Shown: positions 1 to 9,396 of the stretch, piece by piece
How positions within the stretch are numbered: position 1 is the stretch's first letter
Layout: each line of letters starts with the position of its first letter
From: an uncultured Nitrososphaerota archaeon
GTDB taxonomy: Archaea; Thermoproteota; Nitrososphaeria; Conexivisphaerales; DTJL01
Assembly (NCBI GenBank): GCA_963842885.1
Contig: CAWJIE010000004.1
Span: forward strand, 64,001 to 128,000
Direction: 5' to 3'
Length of the DNA stretch: 64,000 nt
The notes under the pieces: model-generated
Seen by the model: only the letters and a program-made list of their open reading frames with translations
Databases searched by the model: none
What the model was told of the DNA's origin: nothing
Program-made: the position numbers and the translations under genes

Positions 1-107
1 TCGCGTTTGAGAACTGTGTGGAGTGCGGCACCTGCCGGATCGCCTGCCCCTTCATCAACTGGGTGAATCCGCTGGGCGGAACGGGAATCTCCTACAGGTT
101 CGGCTGA
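1..107 (+). CDS. fixX: Ferredoxin-like FixX family protein, 3' end (partial)
   Basis: Frame from nt 3 reads AFENCVECGTCRIACPFINWVNPLGGTGISYRFG*; CxxCxxCxxxC motif and typical FixX C-terminus. Confidence 0.75.
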   Translation, partial: AFENCVECGTCRIACPFINWVNPLGGTGISYRFG

Positions 108-275
108 GGGCGTGGCTCCGGCCGCAGGGCAGCTATTCGCACCTTCATGGACGGCGGGCGTTAGCATCAGAGGCGCAAGATGCGGAAACGGCAGACGGCG
201 TGCCGTTTGTCGCATCAAGCCCATACGGCTTCCATAGGAAAACCTTTTCATCGCAGGCACTGCGCATGAAACCGC

Positions 276-1613
276 TTGAAAGGGAAGCGCATCGACATCA
301 GGGTGACCCCGCCCGGACCCAAGGCCATGAGGATAGTCGGGCGGACGGACAGGGCCCTGTCGCCGTCATTTGCGAGGTTCTATCCCCTTGCTGTGGATTC
401 TGCCCACGGCTGTCTAGTCAAGGACGTGGATGGGAACACCTACATAGACATGAACGCAGGGTTGGCCGTGCTGGCCGTGGGGTCGACCCCGGGACCCGTA
501 GTCAAGGCGGTCAAGGAGCAGGCGGAGAGGTTCCTGCACTACTCCTACACCGACTTCTACTATCAGAACATAGTCGAGCTCGCCGAGAAGCTGGCCGAGA
601 TCACGCCTGGCAGTTTCGAGAAGCAGGTCTATTTCGGAAACAGCGGGGCGGAGGCGACGGAAGCCGCCATGAAGCTGGTTCGATATCATACGAAGAGGCC
701 GCGGTACCTCGCCTTCTCCGGGTCATTCCATGGCAGGACCATGGGCTCTCTGTCCTTGACGGCGAGCAAGCCAAGGCAGGTGAAGGGGTTCTCGCCGCTG
801 GTGCCGGGCGTGACTCACGTCCCCTATCCATACTGCTACAGGTGCCCCTTTCGCCTCAATTTCCCAGAATGCGACTACTATTGCGTCGACTTCATCGGGG
901 AGCAGGTCCTAGACAAGTACGTGCCGCCGGAGGAGGTCTCGGCCATGTTCTTCGAGAGCATACAGGGAGAGGGTGGCTACGTCGTTCCACCCGACGACTA
1001 CTTCAAGCGGTTGGAGAAACTGCTGAGACCTCACGGCATACTGCTGGTGGACGACGAAATCCAGTCGGGGATGGGCAGGACGGGCAAATGGTTCGCCGTG
1101 CAGCATTTCGGCGTGGAGCCCGACATCGTGCTCATTTCCAAGGCCATCGCCGCCGGCCTCCCGCTGAGCGCGATGGTGGCGAAGAAGGAAATCATGACGT
1201 GGGGGCCAGGGTCCCACGCCTCCACGTTCGGCGCAAATCCCGTCGCGACGGCCGCCGCGCTGGCTACCATCTTCATGATCGAGGACGAGAAGCTCTTGGC
1301 GAACGCCACGAAGGTGGGAGGGCATATCAAGAAGAGGCTCGAGGAGATGAAGGAGAAGTACGAGATCATTGGAGATGTTCGAGGAAAGGGTCTGATGGTG
1401 GGAGTAGAGATCGTGAACGACAGGAAGACCAAGGAGAACGGGACCAAACACGTGGACAACATCCTGGACTACACCTGGAAGCATGGCGTGCTGCTCATCA
1501 GCTGCGGGAAGTCGACGCTTAGGTTCGTCCCTCCGCTGATTATCGACGAGGACTTGGCAGACGAAGCCATGGAAGTCGTAGAGGACGCCATAGCCCAGGA
1601 GAACTCCTCCTAG
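276..1613 (+). CDS. Class III PLP aminotransferase (4-aminobutyrate/acetylornithine aminotransferase family)
   Basis: NSGAEA, FHGRT, DEIQSGMGRTG and ISKAIAAG motifs. Confidence 0.92.
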   Translation: MKGKRIDIRVTPPGPKAMRIVGRTDRALSPSFARFYPLAVDSAHGCLVKDVDGNTYIDMNAGLAVLAVGSTPGPVVKAVKEQAERFLHYSYTDFYYQNIVELAEKLAEITPGSFEKQVYFGNSGAEATEAAMKLVRYHTKRPRYLAFSGSFHGRTMGSLSLTASKPRQVKGFSPLVPGVTHVPYPYCYRCPFRLNFPECDYYCVDFIGEQVLDKYVPPEEVSAMFFESIQGEGGYVVPPDDYFKRLEKLLRPHGILLVDDEIQSGMGRTGKWFAVQHFGVEPDIVLISKAIAAGLPLSAMVAKKEIMTWGPGSHASTFGANPVATAAALATIFMIEDEKLLANATKVGGHIKKRLEEMKEKYEIIGDVRGKGLMVGVEIVNDRKTKENGTKHVDNILDYTWKHGVLLISCGKSTLRFVPPLIIDEDLADEAMEVVEDAIAQENSS

Positions 1614-1664
1614 AGCCGACGACCAAGAGAACTCTTTATCTCAGGTGTTCGCCTAGCGTTCACT

Positions 1665-2456
1665 GTGCAGTTCCAAGACATCTTCCCGAAGAAACCCGTC
1701 CTGGGCATGATCCACATGCCAGCCCTGCCTGGGGCCCCCAAGAACAGGCTCTCCACGGAGGAGCTCGTCGAGTTCGCCCTTTCAGAGTCGAAGAAGCTCG
1801 AATCGGCGGGCATCGACGGGGCCATAGTCGAAAACGTGGGAGACTATCCTTTCTTCCGAGACCATGTCCCTCCGATGACGGTGGCTGCCATGGCTAACAT
1901 CGTCAAGGAGGTGAAGGGACATACTAAGATGAAGGTGGGGGTCAACATGCTGAGGAACGCATGCGAGGAGGCCATGTCGGTGGCCTACATATCGGGTGCA
2001 GACTTCATCCGGTGCAACGTCATGATAGGGGCATATGCTACGGATCAGGGGATAATCCAAGGATGTGCGGCGAGGCTGGCCAGGCTGAGGATGGGGTTGA
2101 AGCGAGACATTCTGGTCTTCGGAGACGTCCACGTCAAGCACGCCTACCCACTCTTCAACGTCCCCATCGATGACGCGGCGAGGGACCTCGCCGAAAGGGG
2201 AGGAGCAGACGCAGTCCTCGTGTCTGGTGCAAGAAGCCCCGTGCCACCCTCTTTCGAGACCCTGAAGACTGTGAGAGATGCCATTAGGCTACCTGTCCTC
2301 ATTGGGAGCGGTATAGGCCTCACCAATGTGAAGGAGTTCTACCAGAAGTCCGACGGGGTCCTGCTGGGCGAGACCGACTTCAAGCTGAGAGGGGTGTGGG
2401 GAGGGGCCAGCGACCAGCGAGCCTATGCCAGGGCCGTGAAGGCCTGCAAGGGCTAG
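1665..2456 (+). CDS. BtpA/SgcQ family TIM-barrel protein
   Basis: GMIHMPALPGAP, ENVGDYPF, GVNMLRN, DVHVKHA, GSG motifs. Confidence 0.9.
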   Translation: MQFQDIFPKKPVLGMIHMPALPGAPKNRLSTEELVEFALSESKKLESAGIDGAIVENVGDYPFFRDHVPPMTVAAMANIVKEVKGHTKMKVGVNMLRNACEEAMSVAYISGADFIRCNVMIGAYATDQGIIQGCAARLARLRMGLKRDILVFGDVHVKHAYPLFNVPIDDAARDLAERGGADAVLVSGARSPVPPSFETLKTVRDAIRLPVLIGSGIGLTNVKEFYQKSDGVLLGETDFKLRGVWGGASDQRAYARAVKACKG

Positions 2457-2462
2457 CTCGCG

Positions 2463-3131
2463 TCAACGGCTAGCCTTTCCATCATCGACTTCATTTAGCC
2501 TCCAGAGATAGAGAGAAGCCACGGTGCGGTACGGGTGCCACTTGGAGCCGATGTCCCCCACCTCATCTTCGGACGGGATCTCCTCAAGCCCGTAGAGCTC
2601 CTTGACGGCGACCCTGATTCCGAGGTCCCCCGTGGGCAAAACGTCGAGGCGGCTGAGAGGGAAGATCAGGAACATCTGGGCCGTCCACCGTCCGATGCCC
2701 TTCACTTTGTCTAGGATGGAGATGACCTCTTCGTCGCCCTTCGATGGCAGGGATGCCAGATCCAGGGAGCCGTCGACGATTCGTCTAGACAGGTCCTTCA
2801 GGCACTCTACCTTCCTCCGTGACAGCCCCGCCCTCTTCAGCTGAGAGTCGGGCTCGCGCAACAGCTGGGTGGGCGTGGGGAACCGGCCCCCGAAAAGACC
2901 CTTGAAGCGGTTGGTGATCGCTTCGGCTGCCGAACCGGCGAGCTGCTGGAAGAGGATGCTCATGACGAGGGCTTCGTACGGTTCAAGGCCGCTGCGAATG
3001 TGTAATCCCCCCACCTTCTCAATGAGGGCCATGAGCTTGGGGTCCGCCTGGCTGAGGTGGCGAACAGCCGTGTCGATCTCCTTCGAAGTGAATCTCCTTC
3101 CGAACCTCCAGCTGACTTCAGCGGGGTCCAA
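2463..3131 (-). CDS. alkA: DNA-3-methyladenine glycosylase II (HhH-GPD)
   Basis: SILFQQL, KGIGRWTAQMFLIF, DVLPTGDLG, WHPYRT motifs. Confidence 0.9.
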   Translation of the reverse strand: MDPAEVSWRFGRRFTSKEIDTAVRHLSQADPKLMALIEKVGGLHIRSGLEPYEALVMSILFQQLAGSAAEAITNRFKGLFGGRFPTPTQLLREPDSQLKRAGLSRRKVECLKDLSRRIVDGSLDLASLPSKGDEEVISILDKVKGIGRWTAQMFLIFPLSRLDVLPTGDLGIRVAVKELYGLEEIPSEDEVGDIGSKWHPYRTVASLYLWRLNEVDDGKASR

Positions 3132-3141
3132 CGCTCAGCCC

Positions 3142-3553
3142 TCATCGTACATCCGGCTCATAAACGTAGGTTTTCCTCTCCTGAACTGTTCGCCCAGAGC
3201 TCAGGGAGACGCAGTCGCATCGGAAAACTGTATACGTCACAGCCCCAAAGTCCGATGCCAGGCTGCGCAGGCCATCTTCCAGAGCTTCTGGGGCCGGACC
3301 CAGCTCGGCCACGAGGACAATGTCACAGGCCTTCAGTGAAGCGGCCTCGGGGTCATTGTTTATCGAGAAAACAAGGGGGTCCTTGGCATGTCGACGGCGT
3401 CCCGGTGGGCTTTGCTTGTGTTCGGGCGGCCCTTTCCGTCGACCAAGCTGAACTTCCTGGGGGAACCTGAACGAGCTCGACCTGCTCGGGGGACAGGTCG
3501 CAGGGGCGCTTGAGGTCCTTTCTCAGATCGAGTTCCCTCTTGTCTCTCTTCAA
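3142..3553 (-). pseudogene. Frameshifted hypothetical ORF with weak similarity to the ETF alpha-subunit C-terminal domain
   Basis: Minus strand contains KDPLVFSINNDPEAASLKACDIVLVAEL (cf. ETF-alpha IVAINKDPEAPIF..ADY); needs frameshifts to join the upstream part. Confidence 0.3.
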
Positions 3554-3607
3554 CGAGGAGGTGGGCTCAAGGTCTTGAGAATTCGACCCACTCAGCAGAT
3601 GGGAGGC

Positions 3608-4126
3608 TCATCGGCCGTGACGACGGGGCCCGCTTTCCCTCGCGGACGCAGCGAGCTCACTCATCCTCCGCTTCCTCCTCTCCTGGGCCTCCCTGTACCG
3701 CCGCTTCTCCGCAGGCGTCACCGGAATAATCGGTGGAACGGGCATGGGCCGCCTATTCTCATCAAGGGCAACATAGGTCAGATAGCAGGAGCCCGTGTGC
3801 GTAGTCCTCCCGCTCTTCAGGTCTTCGGCCTCTATCCTTACGCCGATCTCCATCGAAGTCCTCCCGACGAAGTTCACTGCAGCCTTCAAGATTAGGAGGT
3901 CGCCCACGTAGACGGGCGCCCAGAAATCCATCCGGTCCACAGAAGCTGTCACGGTGTTTGCTCTGGCGTGTCGAGTCGCCACGATCCCTGCGGCCTCGTC
4001 CATGAGCCGGAGGATGGTACCGCCAAACACGTTTCCGGACGGGTTGGCGTCCGTGGGCATCATCAGGTGGAGGAGTGTCTCCGACGACTCCGAGACGCTG
4101 CGACCCTTCATCCTCACTCCTTTCAA
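3608..4126 (-). CDS. Acyl-CoA thioesterase (hotdog fold)
   Basis: PTDANPSGNVFGG, VTASVD, VGRTSMEIG motifs. Confidence 0.92.
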   Translation of the reverse strand: MKGVRMKGRSVSESSETLLHLMMPTDANPSGNVFGGTILRLMDEAAGIVATRHARANTVTASVDRMDFWAPVYVGDLLILKAAVNFVGRTSMEIGVRIEAEDLKSGRTTHTGSCYLTYVALDENRRPMPVPPIIPVTPAEKRRYREAQERRKRRMSELAASARESGPRRHGR

Positions 4127-4188
4127 GATGGCCTAGCACACGTTGGTGCCTTTCATAAGCCTATTGTGGGTCCTGGACCGTGAGGAAC

Positions 4189-4686
4189 TCAGTCGTTTGA
4201 CGTGTTTCCCGGAGGATGCGGATTCGACATGATGCCTTCATTGATTCGTCGGAGGGCGGTCAGGGCCTCCCTGACATGGTGAGTGGGTGCCAAGTTGGAG
4301 TCGTACACATGCCTTATAACTCCTGACTGGTCGATGATGAAAGTCACCCTCGGCGGCACTAGCCTTCCCCGGACGCCGTAGGACTCCCCGATCCGCTTGT
4401 CGGGATCGCTTACCAGCCTGAACGGGAGGTCGTGGTGCTTCTTGAAAGACGCATGCGATTCCACGCTGTCAGAGCTCACCCCGATAACGACGGCCTTCTC
4501 AGCTCGGACCTCGCTCCAGTTGTCCCTGAACGAACAGGCCTCAGCTGTGCAGCCCGTGGTCTCGTCCTTGGGATAGAAGTAGAGCACGACGTTGCCCTCA
4601 CTCAGCGACCCCAGAAGATCGACCTGACTTCCATCGTCCGCCTGAGCGCTAAACTGCGGCGCCTTGTCCCCTACCTTTAGAGTCAT
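4189..4686 (-). CDS. bcp: Peroxiredoxin, Bcp/PrxQ type
   Basis: YFYPKDETTGCTAEACSFRD. Confidence 0.93.
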   Translation of the reverse strand: MTLKVGDKAPQFSAQADDGSQVDLLGSLSEGNVVLYFYPKDETTGCTAEACSFRDNWSEVRAEKAVVIGVSSDSVESHASFKKHHDLPFRLVSDPDKRIGESYGVRGRLVPPRVTFIIDQSGVIRHVYDSNLAPTHHVREALTALRRINEGIMSNPHPPGNTSND

Positions 4687-4741
4687 TATGGGTGACAGCG
4701 GGCAGACCGAGGCATTAACCTTGCTAGAGTTCGGAACAGGG

Positions 4742-5527
4742 CTACAGGGAAGCCTTGAGGAAATGGAATGGATCGGAAAAGTCGTCTATGAGCTTCATTC
4801 TCTTCTGCTTGGCCAATATCCTGATCATCGCCTTGCCGTGGATGCGGTCATGCCAGACGAGCCGCCTGAGGACTTTCTTGAGCGTCCAAAGTTCGTTCTC
4901 CGACGAGAATAGGTTGGAGTTGATGCCGCTGTCATGCAGCCGAGCGAGTTCGTCGACGCATCGCCGCCTGACCTCCAAGAAGTCGTTGGTTCCATTCTCA
5001 AGGTGGACGCCCAGCCTCGCCATGTAGAAATGCTGGACGCTGTTGACATGTCCCAACACCTCTTGGATGGTGGAGGGGACGGTACCATAGAAGGTGCTTC
5101 GCCGCTTGCTCTCGTCGACCCACTTCTTCAGTTCCGCCTTTTCGTAGGCCTTGAAGATAGTCTCTCCGGAATACCTGACGAGACCAAGTAGCGTGACGAA
5201 CTCGCCGTCAAGGAAAGGCTTCCTGTCGACGTCGAGGAGTATTTCGCTGTCGGCATCTTCCACTTGGAGCTGGCTCTGGTGCCACTGGACGATCATGGTT
5301 CGAACTGACGGAGGAAGCTTGGCCCCCAGCCAGCGGTTGTACGATTTCATCTCGGACCTGACCTTGGACAGGGCTTCTCTCTCCGTTGGCGCACGAACGT
5401 AGGCGCCGGGTAGCTGCAAGATGTATCCCAGGCATCCTTTCCCGTTGGTCTCGAAAGCGAGGGACAACCTGTCCGCCGGGTCCACCTTGGGGGCCTGCAA
5501 ATTCCCGTCCGCGTTACCATCGGTCAC
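4742..5527 (-). CDS. Hypothetical protein: HicB-like N-terminal fold plus DinB/YfiT-like C-terminal domain
   Basis: LPGAYVRAPTEREAL (HicB-like); TIQEVLGHV...WTLKKVLRRLVWHDRIH (DinB-like His triad). Confidence 0.6.
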   Translation of the reverse strand: MTDGNADGNLQAPKVDPADRLSLAFETNGKGCLGYILQLPGAYVRAPTEREALSKVRSEMKSYNRWLGAKLPPSVRTMIVQWHQSQLQVEDADSEILLDVDRKPFLDGEFVTLLGLVRYSGETIFKAYEKAELKKWVDESKRRSTFYGTVPSTIQEVLGHVNSVQHFYMARLGVHLENGTNDFLEVRRRCVDELARLHDSGINSNLFSSENELWTLKKVLRRLVWHDRIHGKAMIRILAKQKRMKLIDDFSDPFHFLKASL

Positions 5528-5670
5528 GTCGCGAGGATTTGTACGTTAATAGCCAACAATTGTGGATGTGTTCGTTATCCTGCGTTAACTCACTTTGCAA
5601 GGACGTTTCACCGCCAGAAGGGTAGACTCTGATTCAGAGGACGTGCGGACGGCCTGCGTCCCCGTGGGCC

Positions 5671-5955
5671 GTCAAGTCCGGCTTCATCCGGTCAGCGGCG
5701 TCAGGGAAGTCGTCAGCGTCGTCATGGCGGTCAGGCTTGTCATCTGCGTCAAGTTGCCGACAGGCCTGCTCCCTGGTACGGCTGGCTGCAGGAGACAGGC
5801 TGCGGACGGGCAGGAGAACTTGACTGCCGGTGACACACGGCTTGACCCTCGGCGCGCGACGATATGTAGAGAAGCGAGCCATTTGACGGGGGGGACGACA
5901 AAGACCTTCCCTGATGACGCCTGACGACCACTGGGGAACAATCGGCCTTGGTGAC
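5671..5955. repeat. GTCA/TGAC short-repeat array, mostly 9-bp spaced, with inverted copies downstream
   Basis: GTCA at 5671, 5691, 5700, 5712, 5721, 5730, 5739, 5748; TGAC at 5821, 5831, 5843, 5884, 5915, 5922, 5952. Confidence 0.5.
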
Positions 5956-6135
5956 CGCTGGGGGCCATGGTACGACACGACGAGTCCGAGCCCGGAGTTA
6001 GCCGAGGAGCTTTGGCGGCGCAAGTCAAGATGCCTTCTCGCAGTCGGCAGAACCAGGTGTCAGTGGTCGCGTCGGGTACCAACCCAACGCCGGATTGCTT
6101 TGCCACTTAGGTGTAGGCTCAAATCGACAAGTAAT

Positions 6136-6158
6136 GCGGGCCCGGTGGGATTAGAACC
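6136..6158 (-). repeat. Distal att site: duplicated 3' end of tRNA-Arg
   Basis: GCGGGCCCGGTGGGATTAGAACC vs GCGGGCCCGGTGGGATTCGAACC at 13717-13739. Confidence 0.9.
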
Positions 6159-6333
6159 TGTTTGGGTTCAATGTCATTTTCGTCTCAAGAGGATTCCGCG
6201 TCACAAGAGAACGAGCCCAAGCCAGTGGATTTGAGCTGAGTCAAATCCGGACTTGAATTTTCAAGGCCGCCATAGTCAACGCTTTTGAGCAACGACAGAC
6301 ATAGCTTAGGACTAGTCCTCCGAGAAGATTCGA

Positions 6334-9159
6334 ATGAGCGCGCTCGAGAACACCGTTAATGATTTGGTCGCTGACTATCTCCGCAGAAATGGGATCCAGG
6401 TCCTCTCGCAACTTGGAACCCATATCCCTGCTGGAAGAAGGCAGCCGGATTTTGAGCTGAGAAATGGTGGCACGTATTATGGAGAAGGTGAATGGCAGTC
6501 CAGTTACATAAAGGGCTTCGACCAAGCAATTGAGTTCGGCGATATCCCTGGTTGTTCGGGCTATTTCCTAATCGGCTATCCAGACGAACTCAGAGGTAGT
6601 ATTAAGCAGAAACGGCTTAGCACAGTCGATCCTGAGCTTCTTCTCGCTTCGGAAAACTATCGGGCGATGTTCAAGATTGAAGGGAGACCTACTAACTTGT
6701 ACAGGGGACCGCTCCAAGGCATCCCCGAGTGGATTTCAGGTACTATAACAAAAGCACCGTTGGCTGAATACTCTGACGAATTCATCAGTCTGATGAGAGA
6801 TATCGTCCAGGAGCTGACCCAGTACCTTCCAACAACTGGAGCATACCCTTCGCTGTTTGAGCATATAATCGCGATGATGCCCAAGGGAAAGGGCCAACTT
6901 GATACGGCCAAGAAGGCTGCGGCTTATCTGCTTCTGAATCAGTTAGTGTTTTATCGTATCCTCTCTGAAGGACGCGGGTACCCGAGGATTGAGAGAGCGA
7001 CGTTGCAGACACCTAGCGACTTGAGAGTCTACTTCGATGGTGTCCTCAAGGACGATTATCAAGCAGTCTTCAGTCCCGACGTCGCTTCATTGTTCCCGCA
7101 GTCTTCTTTCAAATTCATTCTCGACATGATCAAGATACTTGACCATGTCCAGCCAGAGCTTTTCACACGTGATCTCCTTGGGAACATCTTCCATCGGCTA
7201 ATTCCAGAGGAAGTTCGCAAGCCCGTGGCGGCTTACTATACTAATCCGATGGCAGCGAGGCTACTCTCGAGGTTGTCGATCCTGTCGCCCAGAGAGAGGG
7301 TTGCAGACTTCGCCTGCGGATCGGGGACTTTGCTTATGGCTGCTTATGAAAGGAAGGCTGAACTCTTGGGGCACAAGTTCACTCAGGACGATCACAAGGC
7401 GTTCATCGAAGAAGACATAACGGGAGTAGATATCATGCCGTTCGCGGCCCACCTTGCCGTGATTCAGCTCGCTCTCAAGAATCCGGTATATTGGACCAAT
7501 AGAGTGAGGATTGCGGTATACGACTCGACCTTGCTTCGCCCTGGAGATACTGTGGCAGGTCTTCAGGCGGTGTTGTCCAAGGGTCAGACCAATCTCTCCC
7601 TTTTTGCGGAAGGCAATACAGAGCTTCCGCATGTGCGCGAGGGAGCGGTTTCAACGAGTGGTGCTGGCCAAGGATTCGCGGTCGAGCCTGTCGATGTTGT
7701 CATGATGAACCCTCCGTTCACAAAGAAGCAGTTCATAGATCCTGAGTTCCGGAGGAGACTGACGGAGAGATTCGACGACTACAGAGACTCTGTGAACAAC
7801 GAACAAGCGTATTGGAGTTACTTCTTCTTGTTGGCAGATCGGTTCTTGAGAAGCGGAGGACGCCTTGCGCTAGTCCTTCCAGCCACATTCCTGAGGCAAC
7901 CGAGCTATGCCGGGATTCGGGAACTCTTAAGAAAGAAATATGCTATCCAGTTCGTCATAACTACAGAGTACCGATCTGCATTCTCCGAAAGCGCAGGCTT
8001 TCGCGAAGCTCTACTCATAGCTCAGAAGAACCCGGGGACAGAGAATGTGAAGCCGGCCCTTTTCGCACTCCTAAAGGTCTTCCCGAACGCTCAAAACATC
8101 TCTAATCTGTCCAACAGTCTTAGACAATCCTTCGACACCTCCAGTGCAACGGGAATCGAGAACCAAGGAGAAGCACGGTTTGTTGAACAAAAACAATTGG
8201 CTACGGAGGAAGACTGGTTCAGTTTTATTCCCGGTGAGGAGCGTAGCGAAATCGATTTCTCCGCCATACAAGCGCTTTCACCCTTGGCTAAGGTAGTTCC
8301 TGACCTGATTCAGGGTCTTCGCCTCAATCGACAGGAACCCGATATGCATCCAGACAATACTATGCTCTCGCATGAGCGTGAAGAACGCACTATGATCGAT
8401 TGGAGAATCCTACACGAAGACCGGGAGTCGATTACTGCGATTAGCAAGAAGAAAGCAGTCGAAGTCATTGTTCCTAAGAAAGCGCTGGTTATGTCGACAA
8501 GGACTCCCACAGGCATGGACAAGATGCTGATTGATCATGTGTTTGACTATGTGGTGGTGAGCCGTTTCAACAATGACAAGGAGTTTTGGAATGGAGTACA
8601 TGCCGACAAGATTCTCGAGGGACGGAACAAGCAGGTTCAAGCGAGGTCTGCTTACATGATTGCAGCAGGCAGAGGCAATGTCAACCTCGCGGCTTCTGGA
8701 ACGAGGCTGCTCGCCTTCTCTTCTAAGGAGCCAATAGCTCCGACATGGTCCATGTGGTCGCTTAGGACAAGGACATTTGAAGATGCCTGTCTGCTTACAC
8801 TATGGTGGAATTCGACGTTCATGTTGGATCAGCTTTTGGACATACGCGCTGAAGTGGGTGGGGCATGGGGATGGTTCGGGAAGAAGCCACTGCAATCGTT
8901 GTTTGTCCTAGACCCGACGAAACTTGATCCGACGTCTAGGAACACGTTGTTGAGAGTCTTCGATGAACTTGCTGACATGTCGTTCCCATCGCTACTTGAT
9001 CAACTGACTAGCGCGTTTCCAGGTAGGATGAAAATAGACCAAACCTTTGCTCACACTCTTGAAATCGGCCGGTATGAAGATCCCGAATCCTTAAGGGAGT
9101 TTTATGCGTCGACAGCGGAGAGACTGGGATCACTCAAAGCGCTCATGAGTCGGAAATAG
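6334..9159 (+). CDS. Fused type IIG restriction endonuclease / N6-adenine methyltransferase
   Basis: N-terminal RQPDF...GEGEW nuclease-like motif; YYTNP, motif I DFACGSGTLL, motif IV MMNPPF; long C-terminal TRD-like region; 941 aa. Confidence 0.85.
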   Translation: MSALENTVNDLVADYLRRNGIQVLSQLGTHIPAGRRQPDFELRNGGTYYGEGEWQSSYIKGFDQAIEFGDIPGCSGYFLIGYPDELRGSIKQKRLSTVDPELLLASENYRAMFKIEGRPTNLYRGPLQGIPEWISGTITKAPLAEYSDEFISLMRDIVQELTQYLPTTGAYPSLFEHIIAMMPKGKGQLDTAKKAAAYLLLNQLVFYRILSEGRGYPRIERATLQTPSDLRVYFDGVLKDDYQAVFSPDVASLFPQSSFKFILDMIKILDHVQPELFTRDLLGNIFHRLIPEEVRKPVAAYYTNPMAARLLSRLSILSPRERVADFACGSGTLLMAAYERKAELLGHKFTQDDHKAFIEEDITGVDIMPFAAHLAVIQLALKNPVYWTNRVRIAVYDSTLLRPGDTVAGLQAVLSKGQTNLSLFAEGNTELPHVREGAVSTSGAGQGFAVEPVDVVMMNPPFTKKQFIDPEFRRRLTERFDDYRDSVNNEQAYWSYFFLLADRFLRSGGRLALVLPATFLRQPSYAGIRELLRKKYAIQFVITTEYRSAFSESAGFREALLIAQKNPGTENVKPALFALLKVFPNAQNISNLSNSLRQSFDTSSATGIENQGEARFVEQKQLATEEDWFSFIPGEERSEIDFSAIQALSPLAKVVPDLIQGLRLNRQEPDMHPDNTMLSHEREERTMIDWRILHEDRESITAISKKKAVEVIVPKKALVMSTRTPTGMDKMLIDHVFDYVVVSRFNNDKEFWNGVHADKILEGRNKQVQARSAYMIAAGRGNVNLAASGTRLLAFSSKEPIAPTWSMWSLRTRTFEDACLLTLWWNSTFMLDQLLDIRAEVGGAWGWFGKKPLQSLFVLDPTKLDPTSRNTLLRVFDELADMSFPSLLDQLTSAFPGRMKIDQTFAHTLEIGRYEDPESLREFYASTAERLGSLKALMSRK

Positions 9160-9216
9160 TGGGCCATGCGCAGGCACAATCCGCTTGGCATGCCAAAACG
9201 TCCTGCAGCGTGCTCT

Positions 9217-9363
9217 CTAGGATTGTCCTGATTGTCTTGAAGAGTCGTCCTCGGTCATAAGCTTCCTGACTTTGTCCTGATACAACTCCATTCTGCCCTT
9301 GAGCTCGTCGAGTCTGCGGATTATCTCCTCGGCTAGATCCTGGGAGGACCGACTTGCGCTCAT
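9217..9363 (-). CDS. Small coiled-coil hypothetical protein (48 aa)
   Basis: MSASRSSQDLAEEIIRRLDELKGRMELYQDKVRKLMTEDDSSRQSGQS*, downstream of and co-oriented with the ATPase. Confidence 0.5.
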   Translation of the reverse strand: MSASRSSQDLAEEIIRRLDELKGRMELYQDKVRKLMTEDDSSRQSGQS

Positions 9364-9396
9364 CAGCTAGGCCCCTCTTCTGAAATGACAACTGCG

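Noticed and set aside
23-1522. Long alternative-frame and antisense ORFs (also 21007-21948, 47375-48280, 62709-63881)
   Set aside because: Shadow ORFs of real genes, caused by high GC3 codon bias.
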